A stretch of 64,000 nucleotides of DNA from assembly GCF_006345805.1 (NCBI RefSeq), contig NC_043002.1, positions 98,642,001 through 98,706,000 of the forward strand, written 5' to 3'. A program made the position numbers and the translations under genes. Position 1 is the stretch's first letter; each line of letters begins with the position of its first letter. This document shows, piece after piece, positions 52,057 through 64,000 of this stretch. This stretch comes from Octopus sinensis (taxonomy: Eukaryota). The notes beneath the pieces are model-generated. The model ran no database searches. It saw nothing but the letters and a program-made list of their open reading frames with translations, and was not told the origin of the DNA.

Positions 52057-53319
52057 CAGCCACAGCAGCAACAGCAGCAACAATAATTCAAAGATCTATT
52101 ATAGTGAGAGATTAAGAAGATTTTGTGATGTTCATGTCAACACTAGATATGTCAGGAAACTGAGTCAAAGAGAAATACAAGAAAGAAAATAGCAAATACT
52201 TGGCTGCAGTGCATAAGTGAGTGTTCCACATAAGTTATTTTGAAATTTGTTTATTAGGAAACCATTATACAATGACTCAACCTGCTAGAAATAACAGCCA
52301 AGTCTATCTCAAATCACATTCAACCACATAAAAAAAAATCGGAAGAATATGATATACACTATATTAAAATATAAATGGAATGATCATGTTGAAATAAAGT
52401 AAAGATGGGATGGTTGTTGCTAATGGATTTTTGAACATACACCTGCTTCATCAGACTTGGGGCTAAACAACAAGAACTAATTTTGAATTTACAAAGTAAT
52501 AAATCATTTTTACTGGTTAGGTAATTTTTTTTTTCTTTTCTGTTGTAAGACAAAATTCGATATTTCATTGTGATTTGTTTTGTATATGAAAATTAAGTCT
52601 GAAACAAGCTTACCAAAATTTTGTCTTGTGGTTTATATAATGAATCAATATTAGATTTTTCTTTGGAATAGATAATTTAACAATCATCTATTCAATCTTT
52701 ATTAGCATTTTATGTCTGCTTTTCCATGCCAATATGGATTGAGTGTTTTTTTCTGAGATAGTGTTTTATGTTCAGAAGCCCTTGCTTTTGGCCATTTCTT
52801 TCAATATGCTGAAATGCAGTGTACCTGTCCTAAAACCAGGACACACAGTAAGCAATCATCTATTCCAATACTGATCAAATTTAAAATCTGTATTTAAAAT
52901 TAGTATTTGAAGATTATTGAGTTTGCAAATTCAGAAAAGAAAATGAAAATTTAAAACTGCAGATACTGAAAATGGCTACATAAAAGTTGTCCTGTTATAT
53001 ACATCAAGCCACAGACCTCTAAGATTTAAAAAATGATCTTAAAGGATCTGCAAACTTCATAATATATGTTAAATAGCAATGTTACAGAATCTCATAAGGA
53101 AAATGTCAAATGCTGACTTCCAGTTCACTGTGTACATGACCCAGGCATTGCATTCACAGAAACTGACAACACATAACTCATTGTACTGTATAAATTTGTT
53201 GTATAGTCTAAATTTGTATGGTGGACTGGAATATATCCCTTAAGATCATTGTATCATGCATATGACTAAACAAATCTTTTAAGACTGCTGTTTGACATAC
53301 ACTGATTTACTAAATCATC

Positions 53320-53960
53320 ATCAAGATCAAGATCCCTTAACTGATGCAGCCAATCATTGGGGTGCAACTCCAGAGACCTTTGCAATTAGCTGTTGCCACT
53401 GGTCTCTGTTCTCTGACATGCATTGCAGGATCACAGTGCTGTGACCTGTTCAGTCCTGACATGCATTGCAGGGTCACAGTGCTGTGACCTGTTCAGTCCT
53501 TCTGACATGCATTGCAGGATCACAGTGCTGTGACCTGTTCAGCCCTTCTGACATGCATTGCAGGATCACAGTGCTGTGACCTGTTCAGTCCTTCTGACAT
53601 GCATTGCAGGATCACAGTGCTGTGACCTGTTCAGTCCTTAGTGTTGTTAGATCAGGATTTTCTCTGTCTGCTTCCCTTTTGCTCTCCCTCAATTGTGCCC
53701 CAAAGAATGGCTTTGCTCAGGGAGTTGTTGCAGGATATGTGACTGTACTGGGCAAGCTTTTGTCTTTTTACCTGTGAAAAGAGTGGTTCTTGTCTACCTG
53801 CATATTTGTTGACTTAGTGTCTCACAAAGCTATTCATTTCTTGTTGTGTGTGGCTGTGAGAGCCAGACTCTTGCAGCTGGCATTGTGCAAAGAATCCAGG
53901 TATTTGAGCACAAGTGCCCTTCAAGGCTGCTACATAACCCGCACACAGAGCACAAACCGA
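53320..53960 (-). pseudogene. Degenerate RTE LINE 3' end with internal tandem amplification
   Basis: Minus strand reads VKRQKLAQYSHISCNNSLSKAILWGTIEG..KGSRQRKS...KD*TG...ENRDQWQQLI, the RTE C-terminal signature. Confidence 0.75.
53413..53639. repeat. 46-bp tandem repeat x5, palindromic unit
   Basis: Unit ctgacatgcattgcaggatcacagtgctgtgacctgttcagtcctt (first unit 43 bp). Confidence 0.95.
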
Positions 53961-54415
53961 ACAGCTAATTTACTACACAAATCCTTTAAAATTATAGTTT
54001 CATATAATTAATTACTACACGAAGGGCATTGCACTACTTCTTGTAATATGCTATTTAAATTTTTCTTTAATGACTTAATCAGGGGAGGAAGATGGATGCC
54101 CTTGACTCTTTGCAGGGGCCCCAAAGCTGATGGGTGGAGTGATGAGAGAAAGTCATCTCCAGATTTGAGACCGTGACCAAATACATGTAAGAGTAAACTC
54201 TGCTAAGAGTACCTAATAACAAACCCTGGCAATGATTTAAGTCTACCAGTAAAAAGCAAATATAGACCAATTGAATTTCAAGCAGCTTCTATCTCATAAA
54301 TTCCACTCACAACTTACGGCTTTGGTAGAAGACCCTTGACCAAGTTGCTACAGAGTGGGATAGAACCTGAAACCATGACGTCTCAAAACAGACTTCACAA
54401 ACACCTGACCATACC

Positions 54416-54456
54416 TATTTCTTTATTACCCACAAGGGGCTAAACACAGAGGGGAA
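54416..54456 (-). mobile_element. Severely 5'-truncated family B SINE
   Basis: About 40 nt of family B 3' end between 20-bp direct repeats acaaacacctgaccatacct. Confidence 0.75.
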
Positions 54457-54624
54457 CAAACACCTGACCATACCTTTGCACGTGCACACACATACATGCA
54501 TGCATGCACACATACATGCGTCCCCCCACACACACACACATACAGAGAAGATCCTCTTGTCTTAGATGACAGATGAGAGATCCCTAATTTCTTGATGACC
54601 AACCTGCTCAGGTGATTTTTTTTT

Positions 54625-55032
54625 TCTTTTTACTTGTTTCAGTCATTTGACTGTGGCCATGCTGGAGCACCGCCTTTTGTCGAGCAAATTGACCCCGGGA
54701 CTTATTCTTTGTAAGCCCAGTACTTATTCTATCGGTCTCTTTTGCCAAACCGCTAAGTGACGGGGACCTAAACACACCAGCATCGGTTGTCAAGCAATGC
54801 TAGAGGGACAAACACAGACACACAAACACATACACACACATATATATATACATATATACGACAGGCTTCTTTCAGTTTCCGTCTACCAAATCCACTCACA
54901 AGGCTTTGGTCGGCCCAGGGTTATAGCAGAAGACACTTGCCCAAGAAGACACTTGCCCAAGATGCCATGCAGTGGGACTGAACCCAAAACCATGTGGTTG
55001 GTTAGCAAGCTACTTACCACACAGCCACTCCT
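54625..55032 (-). mobile_element. SINE family A
   Basis: Full-length reverse copy with an internal agaagacacttgcccaa duplication. Confidence 0.85.
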
Positions 55033-55183
55033 GTGATTTGTTAATAGTGATCAAATGTTTGTGCTGTTCATTAGCTCAATCGCTCTCTCATATTGACATT
55101 GTCTGTACAGTTAAACAGTGTGCTTCATGTCAGATGTTGAAGTGATTACAGAGCAGCATGATATGAGCCATTTTGCTCAAGGG

Positions 55184-55487
55184 CACCACCTAATAGCCTT
55201 AAACAGGGAATCTAATGAGCATCAAAGACAGTTGGTGCCCCACTGGCATTCAGCTATCATAGGGTAGACAAACCCTTCTCAATTCAGTTCAGGTGAGGCG
55301 AATTTGGAAGTGTGAAATCTAAACAAAGAATAAAGATGATGGTGTATAGAATATATACATTTAATACTTCTTATTCCAACACATTATAAAGATCTTATAA
55401 TTTCTAGTCCAGCCCTAGACTGCTCTCATGCAAGAAATAGCAGCCAGATTTTCCCCAAAGCATACATTATCATCTTAAAGAAGAACA
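55184..55487. repeat. Inverted duplicate of 58856-59159
   Basis: About 300 bp near-identical reverse complement. Confidence 0.9.
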
Positions 55488-56649
55488 GACACCACCTGGT
55501 CTGAGAATTGAAACCACAATCTTGTGATGATCATGAGTGTGACATCCTAATCCACTGAGACCATGGACCTTCACTATATGTGTGTGTGTGTATTCAATAG
55601 GATAAGGTTCAGCTACATTGGTGTTTAGATTATTGGCTGTGAAATAACAGATGATATAGCATGGACTAAATATTTAGCAATACATTCCAAATCAAAATCT
55701 TGTATACTGGATGGGCAACTTTGCCTTTTATCCATATTTTAACACTAAAATCAATACCAGTTACATACTGCTGTTAATTCAGATAGCTATAGCCCCAGAA
55801 AATGTGCTTACAGAAGACAGGATCATGGAAAATTGAAGTAAGAGTGAATGTGAAATCTGGTTTTGTTGAATATATTTCTACAGAGAAGTGGCTTTTGAGT
55901 TATAGAAATAAAACTGGTGTATACTAAAATCAATGCAGACAGCCTCTTAAAAGAAACAAGCATAAATATCTACCAAATCCCTTAAGACTGCATGAATTTA
56001 AAGTCTTTGATTTACTATGTGTGATGTGGTGTGACTTTATAACAGTTTGAATCCACTATGTGTTTATAAGTATAAATATACTTATATATGAATATACCAA
56101 CACACCAACACACACACACACACACACACTCACACACACACACACACACACATACATACACACACACACACACACACATGCACATACATGCATGCATACA
56201 GATACTGACTTATACATATGTAGATTCATAATATAGCAATAAATATGTTTTGTGAATTACAGAGAAGAAATTCAATATCTGTTGTTGGAATAAGTGTTTT
56301 GTCAGGACTGCCATAACAGTGACACAAATAGTATATAAATGCCACAAAATACATGAATAATTTATTTCTCATTAATTTCCATCCACCCCAGCCTACTTTT
56401 AACCGGACATATCACAGAAAAAAAAAAAACCCCAAGAAAACAATGAGCATTATTTAAATGATTTGTGTTATCCAATATCTTTTCTAAACAAAGCATTGTT
56501 GCGTAGAGAAGTTAAAGGAGGAAAACACGTGCATCCAAATCTTATGGGTTTTTTTTAAAGATGGGTTAGACTTCTTTAAATAAATAGGAAGCACATTTAC
56601 CAATAGATAATAATGTTTTTTTCACATAAACCCAAGGATCTGAAATTTA

Positions 56650-57285
56650 TTGCCAGTGGCATGTAAAAAGCACCATCCGATCATGGCCATTTGCCAGCCT
56701 CGCCTGGCCTCCGTGCCGGTGGCATGTAAAAAGCACCATCCGACCACGGCCGTTTGCCAGCCTCGCCTGGCCTCCGTGCCGGTGGCACGTAAAAAGCACC
56801 ATCCGACCACGGCCGTTTGCCAGCCTCGCCTGGCCTCCGTGCCGGTGGCACGTAAAAAGCACCATCCGATCGTGGCCGTTTGCCAGCCTCGCCTGGCCTC
56901 CGTGCCGGTGGCACATAAAAAGCACCATCCGACCGCGGCCGTTTGCCAGCCTCGCCTGGCCTCCGTGCCGGTGGCATGTAAAAAGCACCATCCGACCTTG
57001 GCCGTTTGCCAGCCTTGCCTGGCCTCTGTGCCGGTGGCACGTAAAAAGCACCATCCGACTATAGCCGTTTGCCAGACTTGTCTGGCACCTGTGCAGGTGG
57101 CACGTAAAAAACACCCACTACACTCATGGAGTGGTTGGCGTTAGGAAGGGCATCCAGGTGTAGAAACATTGCCAGATCAGACTGGGCTTGGCGCAGCCTT
57201 CTGGCTTCCCAGACCCCAGTTGTACCGTCCAACCCATGCCAGCATGGAAAGCGGATGCTAAACGATGATGATGATGATGATGATG
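56650..57285 (+). mobile_element. Retroelement family D with 63-bp module amplified about 7x
   Basis: Tandem gtgccggtggcacgtaaaaagcaccatccgaccacggccgtttgccagcctcgcctggcctcc, then the D body and (GAT)n tail. Confidence 0.85.
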
Positions 57286-57570
57286 TACGATGAGATTATG
57301 GGATATTTATGCCTCAACCAAGAACATTGTAGGTATGTTTTATTGACATAACTAAAAAATGGCAGTGAGCTGAAAGAATTGTTGCCATGTTGGACAAGAC
57401 GCTTAACAGCAGTTCTTCCAGCTTTACACTCTGAGTTGAAATTCTACCAAAGTTGATTTGCTTTTCATCTTTTCTGGGTTGATAAAATAAGTACCAGTTA
57501 AACATTGGGGTTGATGTAATAAACTATTCCCCTCCTCCAAAATTCCAGCTTTTGTGCCTCTCTCTCTCTC

Positions 57571-57802
57571 TTTTACCCTTTTACTCTTTTACTTGTTTTA
57601 GTCATTTGACTGCAGCCATGCTGGAGCACTGCCTTTAGTCGAGCAAATCGCCCCCGGGACTTATTCTTTGTAAGCCCAGTACTTATTCTATCGGTCTCTT
57701 TTGCCGAACTGTTAAGTGATGGGGGACGTAAACACACCAGCATCGGTTGTCAAGCAATGCTAGGGGGACAAACACAGACACACAAACACACACACACACA
57801 CA

Positions 57803-57881
<79 letters not shown>

Positions 57882-58052
57882 CATATATACGACAGGCTTC
57901 TTTCAGTTTCCGTCTACCAAATCCACTCACAAGGCATTGGTCGGCCCGGGGCTATAGCAGAAGACACTTGCCCAAGATGCCACGCAGTGGGACTGAACCC
58001 GGAACCACGTGGTTGGTTAGCAAGCTACTTACCACACAGCCACTCCTGCACC
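57571..58052 (-). mobile_element. SINE family A
   Basis: Full-length reverse copy. Confidence 0.85.
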
Positions 58053-58324
58053 TGTAGTAACTAATTTATAATCAAAGTCAGTTCTTAGATTAAGCAACCA
58101 AGAAATAATCGCTGCTCTATAGGACTTGAAGAATTAACCTCGCTTAATGTTTGTAGCTTGAATTTGTTAGAAAATTTGAATGGTCTGGTCTATATTTTAG
58201 GGATAGAAATCCAATGTTGTGGAGATCATGTTTTGTATGTATGTTCTTTGAATCTTGAAATGAAAGATAGCTATAGTTAATTAGGTGTAACTTGGAGCAA
58301 AATAACAGCCTTTTACCTCATACA

Positions 58325-58528
58325 CTTTTACTTGTTTCACTCATTTGACAGTGGCCATGCTGGAGCACCGCCTTTAGTGGAGCAAATCAACCTCAGGACT
58401 TATTTTTTGTATTTATTCTATTGTTCTCTTTTGCCAAACCGCTAAGTTACGGGGATGTAAATACGCCAGCATTGGTTGTCAAGCGATGTTGGGGGGACAA
58501 ACACAGACACACAAACATATACACTCAC

Positions 58529-58571
<43 letters not shown>

Positions 58572-58730
58572 ACGGCTTCTTTCAGTTTCCGTCTACCAAA
58601 TCCACTCACAAGGCTTTGGTCGGCCCAAGGCTATAGTAGAAGACACTTGCCCAAGGTGCCACACAGTTGGGCTGAACCCGGAACCATGTGGCTGGTAAGC
58701 AAGCTACTTACCACACAGCTACTCCTATGC
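58325..58730 (-). mobile_element. SINE family A
   Basis: Reverse copy. Confidence 0.85.
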
Positions 58731-58855
58731 CTGTTAATTTTATTTAGTATCAGATCATCTCTGATCAAAATGAGATATGGGGTAAGAACTTTCTAGCTAT
58801 GACCATCTCACGTTCCCTTCTAACATAGCATATCTAGGACTATACTATCTACATA

Positions 58856-59159
58856 TGTTCTTCTTTAAGATGATATGGTATGCTTTGGGGAAAATCTGGC
58901 TGCTATTTCTTGCATGAGAGCAGTCTAGGGCTGGACTAGAAATTATAAGATCTTTATAATGTGTTGGAATAAGAAGTATAAAATGTGTATATTCTATACA
59001 CCATCATCTTTACTCTTTGTTTAAATTTCACACATCCAAATTCGCCTCATCTGAACTGAATTGAGAAGGGTTTGTCTACCCTATGATAGCTGACTGCCAG
59101 TGGGGCACCAACTGTCTTTGATGCTCATTAGATTCCCTGTTTAAGGCAATTAGGTAGTG
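58856..59159. repeat. Probable source copy of the inverted duplication at 55184-55487
   Basis: Reverse-complement match. Confidence 0.9.
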
Positions 59160-60477
59160 TTGAAGTGTATTAGCTGATACTAGAGCATTGAAAGAGAAAT
59201 GGCTTTATTGGTTATCTAACAATTTTGGAGACACCTGACAATGGAAGGTATTCATAGTAGATCAAGACCAAAGGAATACATGGCAAGAAATGGTCATGTC
59301 ATTTCATTAGAATGATGATCTTCATAGAAGTGATGATACAGAATTGAGAACAATGGTAATCTGTTGTTATATTGAGCATGTAGCTTCTAATATTGCCTTG
59401 GGTTGATCAATGCTTTGTGAGGGAAACTGGTGTGTGTGTGTGTGTGTAGTCATTTCCTCTACTTATATGAGATTACCTGAGCAAATAAATAAATAAATGA
59501 AATGATGTCAATTTGTTTTCATTCCTGGCGAACATTATGATCTCTAGCTCTGTCCTCTCAAAAATAGTGGTATAAAATACAAATACCTTACTTGTAAAAC
59601 AAACACGAGTTGGCTGTTGGAACCATGTCTGGTTATAGAAATAATGATTAAAATTAATATCCATCTAACCTATGCCAGCATAGGAAAACAGATGTAAAGC
59701 AAATGAACGTATGAAAGAATATTGTAAGTGCAGAGTTTACAATTACTCGGGGAACATTAAATAGATACTAGACTTGTGAGATGTTCTGAAACATGTGATT
59801 GATGACATCCTTGCAGGATCTCCATGTGTTCTACAACAATAACAACTAAATCTACTACGAAAGGACTGAACCAGCACTAAGCTACTATTCACTACTACTA
59901 CTACTACAACACTAATGGGATAGTGCACAGTTTTACCATCAATCTATTATTACCTTAATGAGAAACTTCAGTTTATTTGAGGTGTGATAAATTACATTAA
60001 CTAGAAATCCATTAAATTCTATCATTAAACTAAGCTCTAATTGCTGATACGACTTCAGATGAGAGTAAGTTTGTGTGTAGACGTTATTAACCTCTTTCCA
60101 CATTAACCTACAAAATATTAAACACACCAGCAGCTATTTAATGTCATCAATTAGTACATTAGATGACAGTATGAAGTATCATGAAAGTGACCAACTGGCC
60201 AATAAAAACATTAAATATCCGTCTCACCATTTGAGAACTCTCTTGATTTATTGGTTTAGATAAAGAACACAGACTTTAGGAATTGATTTTTTTTTTTACT
60301 TTTCTCTCATTAAATTATGACATTTACTTATTGTATATTTGTTTGATATCTGTTTATCTGTTATAATAAATCTGTGAATGAGAGTATTGCTTGTATACAC
60401 TTTTTCAAGATCAGTGACGAAAAGTCACTGGAAAAAGGATATAAATATTTGCATTGGGACTCCTTTCATCGAAAACC

Positions 60478-60538
60478 AGTGATTGTCATGCGCTGATGAC
60501 GGGTCAATACCCAGAAACTGCAGTCTGTGTGTATCACT
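60478..60538 (+). ncRNA. Minimal type-I hammerhead ribozyme motif (slightly decayed)
   Basis: catgcg-CTGATGA-c gggt caat accc a-GAAA-CTGCAG-TC-tgtgtg; helix I extended by agtgat/atcact; palindromic helix III. Confidence 0.65.
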
Positions 60539-60986
60539 TAGGTTGGCGAGGGAAGGATGACCTCCCTTTGCAAATACCTTAAGGGCACAGAAAGTGTGCC
60601 TCTAGCCAGCTTGAGAAGATGTTCTCCTGGGGCTACAAGCTACAGTAACATCCACCCTTAGTGGTTAGCCATATTGAGATGGCAAATATACTTCACATTG
60701 TTTGTCTGTTATTTTGATTATATGAAGTCTTAACTATAGAAAGCGTATTATGGGGCAGGAGTAGCTTAGCTTAGTGTAGCCATCACTTGCAAGCAAGATT
60801 GATTTGGTAACACATACCATGCTTTCACTAACTATTATAGGTGCTTATATAGTTACAAGGAGACTCAGACACCCACTCAGCAGTCCCAACCTTTACCCAG
60901 CATTAAAACCAGGATGTGAATGCCAAAGGAAGAAAGGACTGAACTAGCACTAAGCTACTATTCAGCTTCAGCTAAGTAATCTAGGG

Positions 60987-61174
60987 CAGTGCTCTGCAAG
61001 CTTTTTTCACTTGCAGTATGCTTGTATTCTTTTCAAAATGTAGTGGCACACCTGAGCTAAAAAATTATAACTAAAAGTATAGGAAAAATAATTATATTCA
61101 GGTTACACTGCGGCACACCTGGCATCATCTCGTAACACACCAATGTGCTGTGGTATGCTGGTTGCAGAGCACTA
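60987..61174. mobile_element. hAT/Charlie-like MITE remnant
   Basis: TIRs cagtgctctgcaa / ttgcagagcacta; NTCTAG-like flanks. Confidence 0.6.
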
Positions 61175-61773
61175 GTCTAACACAAAGCGAAGTAAAGTTC
61201 TTTGCTCAAAGATACAACACATCATCTGATTGTGAAAGTGAACCCATGACTATATGATTGTGGTCCCAGCACCCTAACCACTAAACCTGTTAGCTTTTAG
61301 TACACAGAGTATCTAACATAATAAGAGATACTGCTATGCATTTATTCATATTTCTATACTAGCATGAGTTAAATGAATACATATTATTAAGACATTGTTT
61401 TACAGCCAGATGCCCTTCCTGTGACTAACTCTTACCTGTTTATCAAGTGAATGAGAGTTCATTCCACTTGAATTTGGAAGTTCTTGAGCTCCTGGATGAT
61501 TTGTTGACAGGGAAAGGTCAACAAAAGTCATCAGCCATGGCTAGGTGATTTTTAATTCAAAACACAAAATCTAAAGATTCACACATGCACACATGTATAT
61601 AAATATATGCCCTCTGCCATTAAAGCCTGACAAATCATCTATAGAGCTAAGTGCATTATGGATGTGAAACCATTGGTCACTCTGTGACTGGACATATATT
61701 TAACTGTATGTAAATACATTACTGCTCTACACTTTAGAGTGTGTTTCTTTTTCGGATATATGATCCACTGATG

Positions 61774-61799
<26 letters not shown>

Positions 61800-61805
<6 letters not shown>

Positions 61806-62112
61806 ATCACGTGACTGACCAGGCTATGAGATGTTGCTACACATCACTGGTCACATTGCACTTCGCATTGTTTTAGCCTTCAAATGACGCCACCCCGCTG
61901 GCTAAGCGAGCAGACCAACAGAAGAAAGAGTGAGAGAAAGTTGTGGCGAAAGAGTATAGCAGGGATCGCTAATACCCCACCCCACTGGTGGAGCCTCGTG
62001 GAGCTTTTAGGTGTTTTTGCTCAATAAGCACTCACAACGCCTGGTCTGGGAATCGAAGCCGCGATCCTATGACCGCGAGTCCGCTGCCCTAACCACTGGG
62101 CCATTGCGCCTC

Positions 62113-62115
<3 letters not shown>
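61800..62115 (-). mobile_element. SINE family C, tail type 2
   Basis: Reverse copy. Confidence 0.85.
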
Positions 62116-62145
<30 letters not shown>

Positions 62146-62521
62146 CAGTCTGTCTGTTCAACATGTTTCGTTCAATTTCCATCTATAAAATTCACTCACA
62201 AAGCATTGGTTGATCTGGGGCTATAGTAGATAACACTTACCTAAGGTGCTGTGCAGTGAGATTGGGTTTGAAAATAATCGGCAGTGAAATAAACTTTTTA
62301 ATTACAGCCATGACCACACCTTGCTAGGTTGCTTCATTTCCATGTTTATAACATTTCAGAAAATTCTTGACATCATGCCCTCAACTTCACTTGCCTAAAA
62401 ATGATTTACTTTTGTATCTCATTCTACTAAAGACCTAGTTGGTTTACTAAAGGCTTACTTCTGCTCTATGATACATTTTCTGCTGTTGAGATTTTATATA
62501 ATGAAAATAATAACTAAGATG

Positions 62522-62830
62522 GTGGAGGTGCAATGGCCCAGTGGTTAGGGCAGCGGACTCGCGGTCGGAGGATCGTGGTTTCGATTCCTTGACCGGGTGT
62601 TGTGTGTGTTTATTGAGCGAAAACACCTAAAAGCTCCACGAGGCTCTGGCAGGGGGTGGTGGCGACCCCTGTTGTACTCTTTTGCCCCAACTTGCTCTCA
62701 CTCTTTCTTCCTGTTTCTTGAGTAATGTTGCAATGGACTGGCATCCCGTCCAGCTGGGGAACACATATGCCACAGAAACTGGGAAACTGGGCCCATGAGC
62801 TTGGCTAGGCTTGAAAAGGGCACATAAAAT
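62522..62830 (+). mobile_element. SINE family C, tail type 4
   Basis: Family C head plus gcaatggactggcatcccgtccag tail; TSD t(a/t)actaagatg. Confidence 0.8.
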
Positions 62831-63099
62831 AGAAATGTTACTAAGATGTCATAATAGAATAAGCATTAAGGAAAAACTACAACAATGGTTATTGGGTTGG
62901 AAGGAAACAATACCAATCAACTGTGGTAACTTAGGTTTGTCATGAGACCTAGGACTCATAAGACCTGAGCTAAACTTAGTTTGCATGGTGTATAAGTAAC
63001 TGGGATGGGCTACCAGTCCTTTAGAGAATTAAATCTAAAGGATTGGTTAGAGTCCTTTAGATATTTAAAACTGAGAGGACTGAACCAATGTGAAATGAA

Positions 63100-63315
63100 A
63101 TCATTGTCATCATTCAACATCTGGTGTCCTCTTATGCCTAACTTCACTCTCAGAACATTAGCACTGTGTCAAACATGTACACTTACATTACACATATAGC
63201 AGAACATACTAGCCCCTTTGCATGTCCTCTGCAGTCAGGGCCCACATCTCACTATCATGTAGAATTGCTGTCCATATACATGCATCATACACTCTTCCTT
63301 TCACTCGGAGAGAGC
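63100..63315 (-). pseudogene. Degenerate RTE LINE RT C-terminal fragment
   Basis: Minus strand reads SLRVKGRVYDACIWTAILHDSEMWALTAEDMQR..ASMFCYMCNVSVH..VLRVKLGIRG. Confidence 0.8.
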
Positions 63316-64000
63316 ACCACCCAGTCTAATAATCTGAAACATGATTGTAAGATCCTGAGTACAACACCCTTATCTCTAGGCCATGCACCTTAACTCTTTG
63401 ACAGCACCCCAGAAAAACAGAAAAAATCTTTTTCAGCAGTATTAAGATAAGCTATTTTTAAGTCTCAGTCAGAGAGAGGGCTACACTGTTGACTCCTACT
63501 GCAAGGTGTCTGAGGTTAATGGGAGGAAAATGGCAGATAAACCACAATTAATGGCTTATTCTCAAACTAGAGATCTGCTCTGAATGCTTATAGCAGAGTA
63601 TTCTCTGCTAAAGTCACACATGGTCAGATGGTGGTGTTCAGCTAGGTGTTTGCTGATGATTTCAAAACAGAATGAAATGATATACATAACTACCTATTAC
63701 TAATAAAAAACAGAAAACTATTCAGAAAAAATAAAGTAGATATGTATATTCTGTGCATCTTCCTTGTTCCATTTAGATTTATGATTTGAACTCCTCACTC
63801 TCTCATGATTTATCTTTCATCAACAAGTGATTATCTCCCTTAAAGTAACTGCCACCCAGGTACCACATGTTCAAAAGACTCAAGTGTTTTCAGAATAATG
63901 AAATGCATTTCAGAAACATTTTTGAATTTATTAAAAAAATCAAATAGACAATGATAATAATTCAAGATATATAATATGTAAATATACTTTTAGCTTATAT

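Noticed and set aside
52425-52460. Minus-strand CTGATGA hammerhead start
   Set aside because: No GAAA/UH or helix I/III; it is part of another decayed repeat.
53413-53639. CRISPR-like array of palindromic repeats
   Set aside because: Units are contiguous with no unique spacers, there are no cas genes, and the array derives from an RTE LINE in eukaryotic DNA.
56647-57144. 155-164 aa repeat-protein ORFs
   Set aside because: By-product of a 63-bp (multiple of 3) module array within a retroelement.
24222-64000. Next Sema5 exons (TSP1 5-7, transmembrane segment)
   Set aside because: No W..W..C exon with splice sites found by eye; they are presumably beyond the window. A very short exon could have been missed.

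Overview
AT-rich, microsatellite- and SINE-dense animal genomic DNA. The repeat repertoire looks like a coleoid cephalopod, probably Octopus (inference). The window holds the middle of a + strand class-5 semaphorin (Sema5-like) gene: one PSI-domain exon and four thrombospondin type-1 (TSP1) exons at 2128-2264, 6031-6198, 19865-20038, 22949-23128 and 23896-24078. All have GT-AG boundaries and compatible phases. About 40 kb follows with no recognisable next exon. Main observations: (1) a ~9 kb almost SINE-free island in this downstream intron holds a cluster of + strand, G·U-rich, pre-miRNA-like hairpins (~32.97-37.19 kb), a candidate lineage-specific intronic miRNA cluster; (2) the frame reads through the last donor into a CpG-rich, basic, Cys-rich tail, predicting a secreted truncated Sema5 isoform; (3) several minimal type-I hammerhead ribozyme motifs; (4) a tRNA-derived SINE head joined to four different tails; (5) foldback elements, inverted SINE pairs and a templated inverted duplication that could form long dsRNA. 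All RNA folds were done by hand, and SINE coordinates are approximate. Nearly all ORFs in the supplied track are repeat artefacts.
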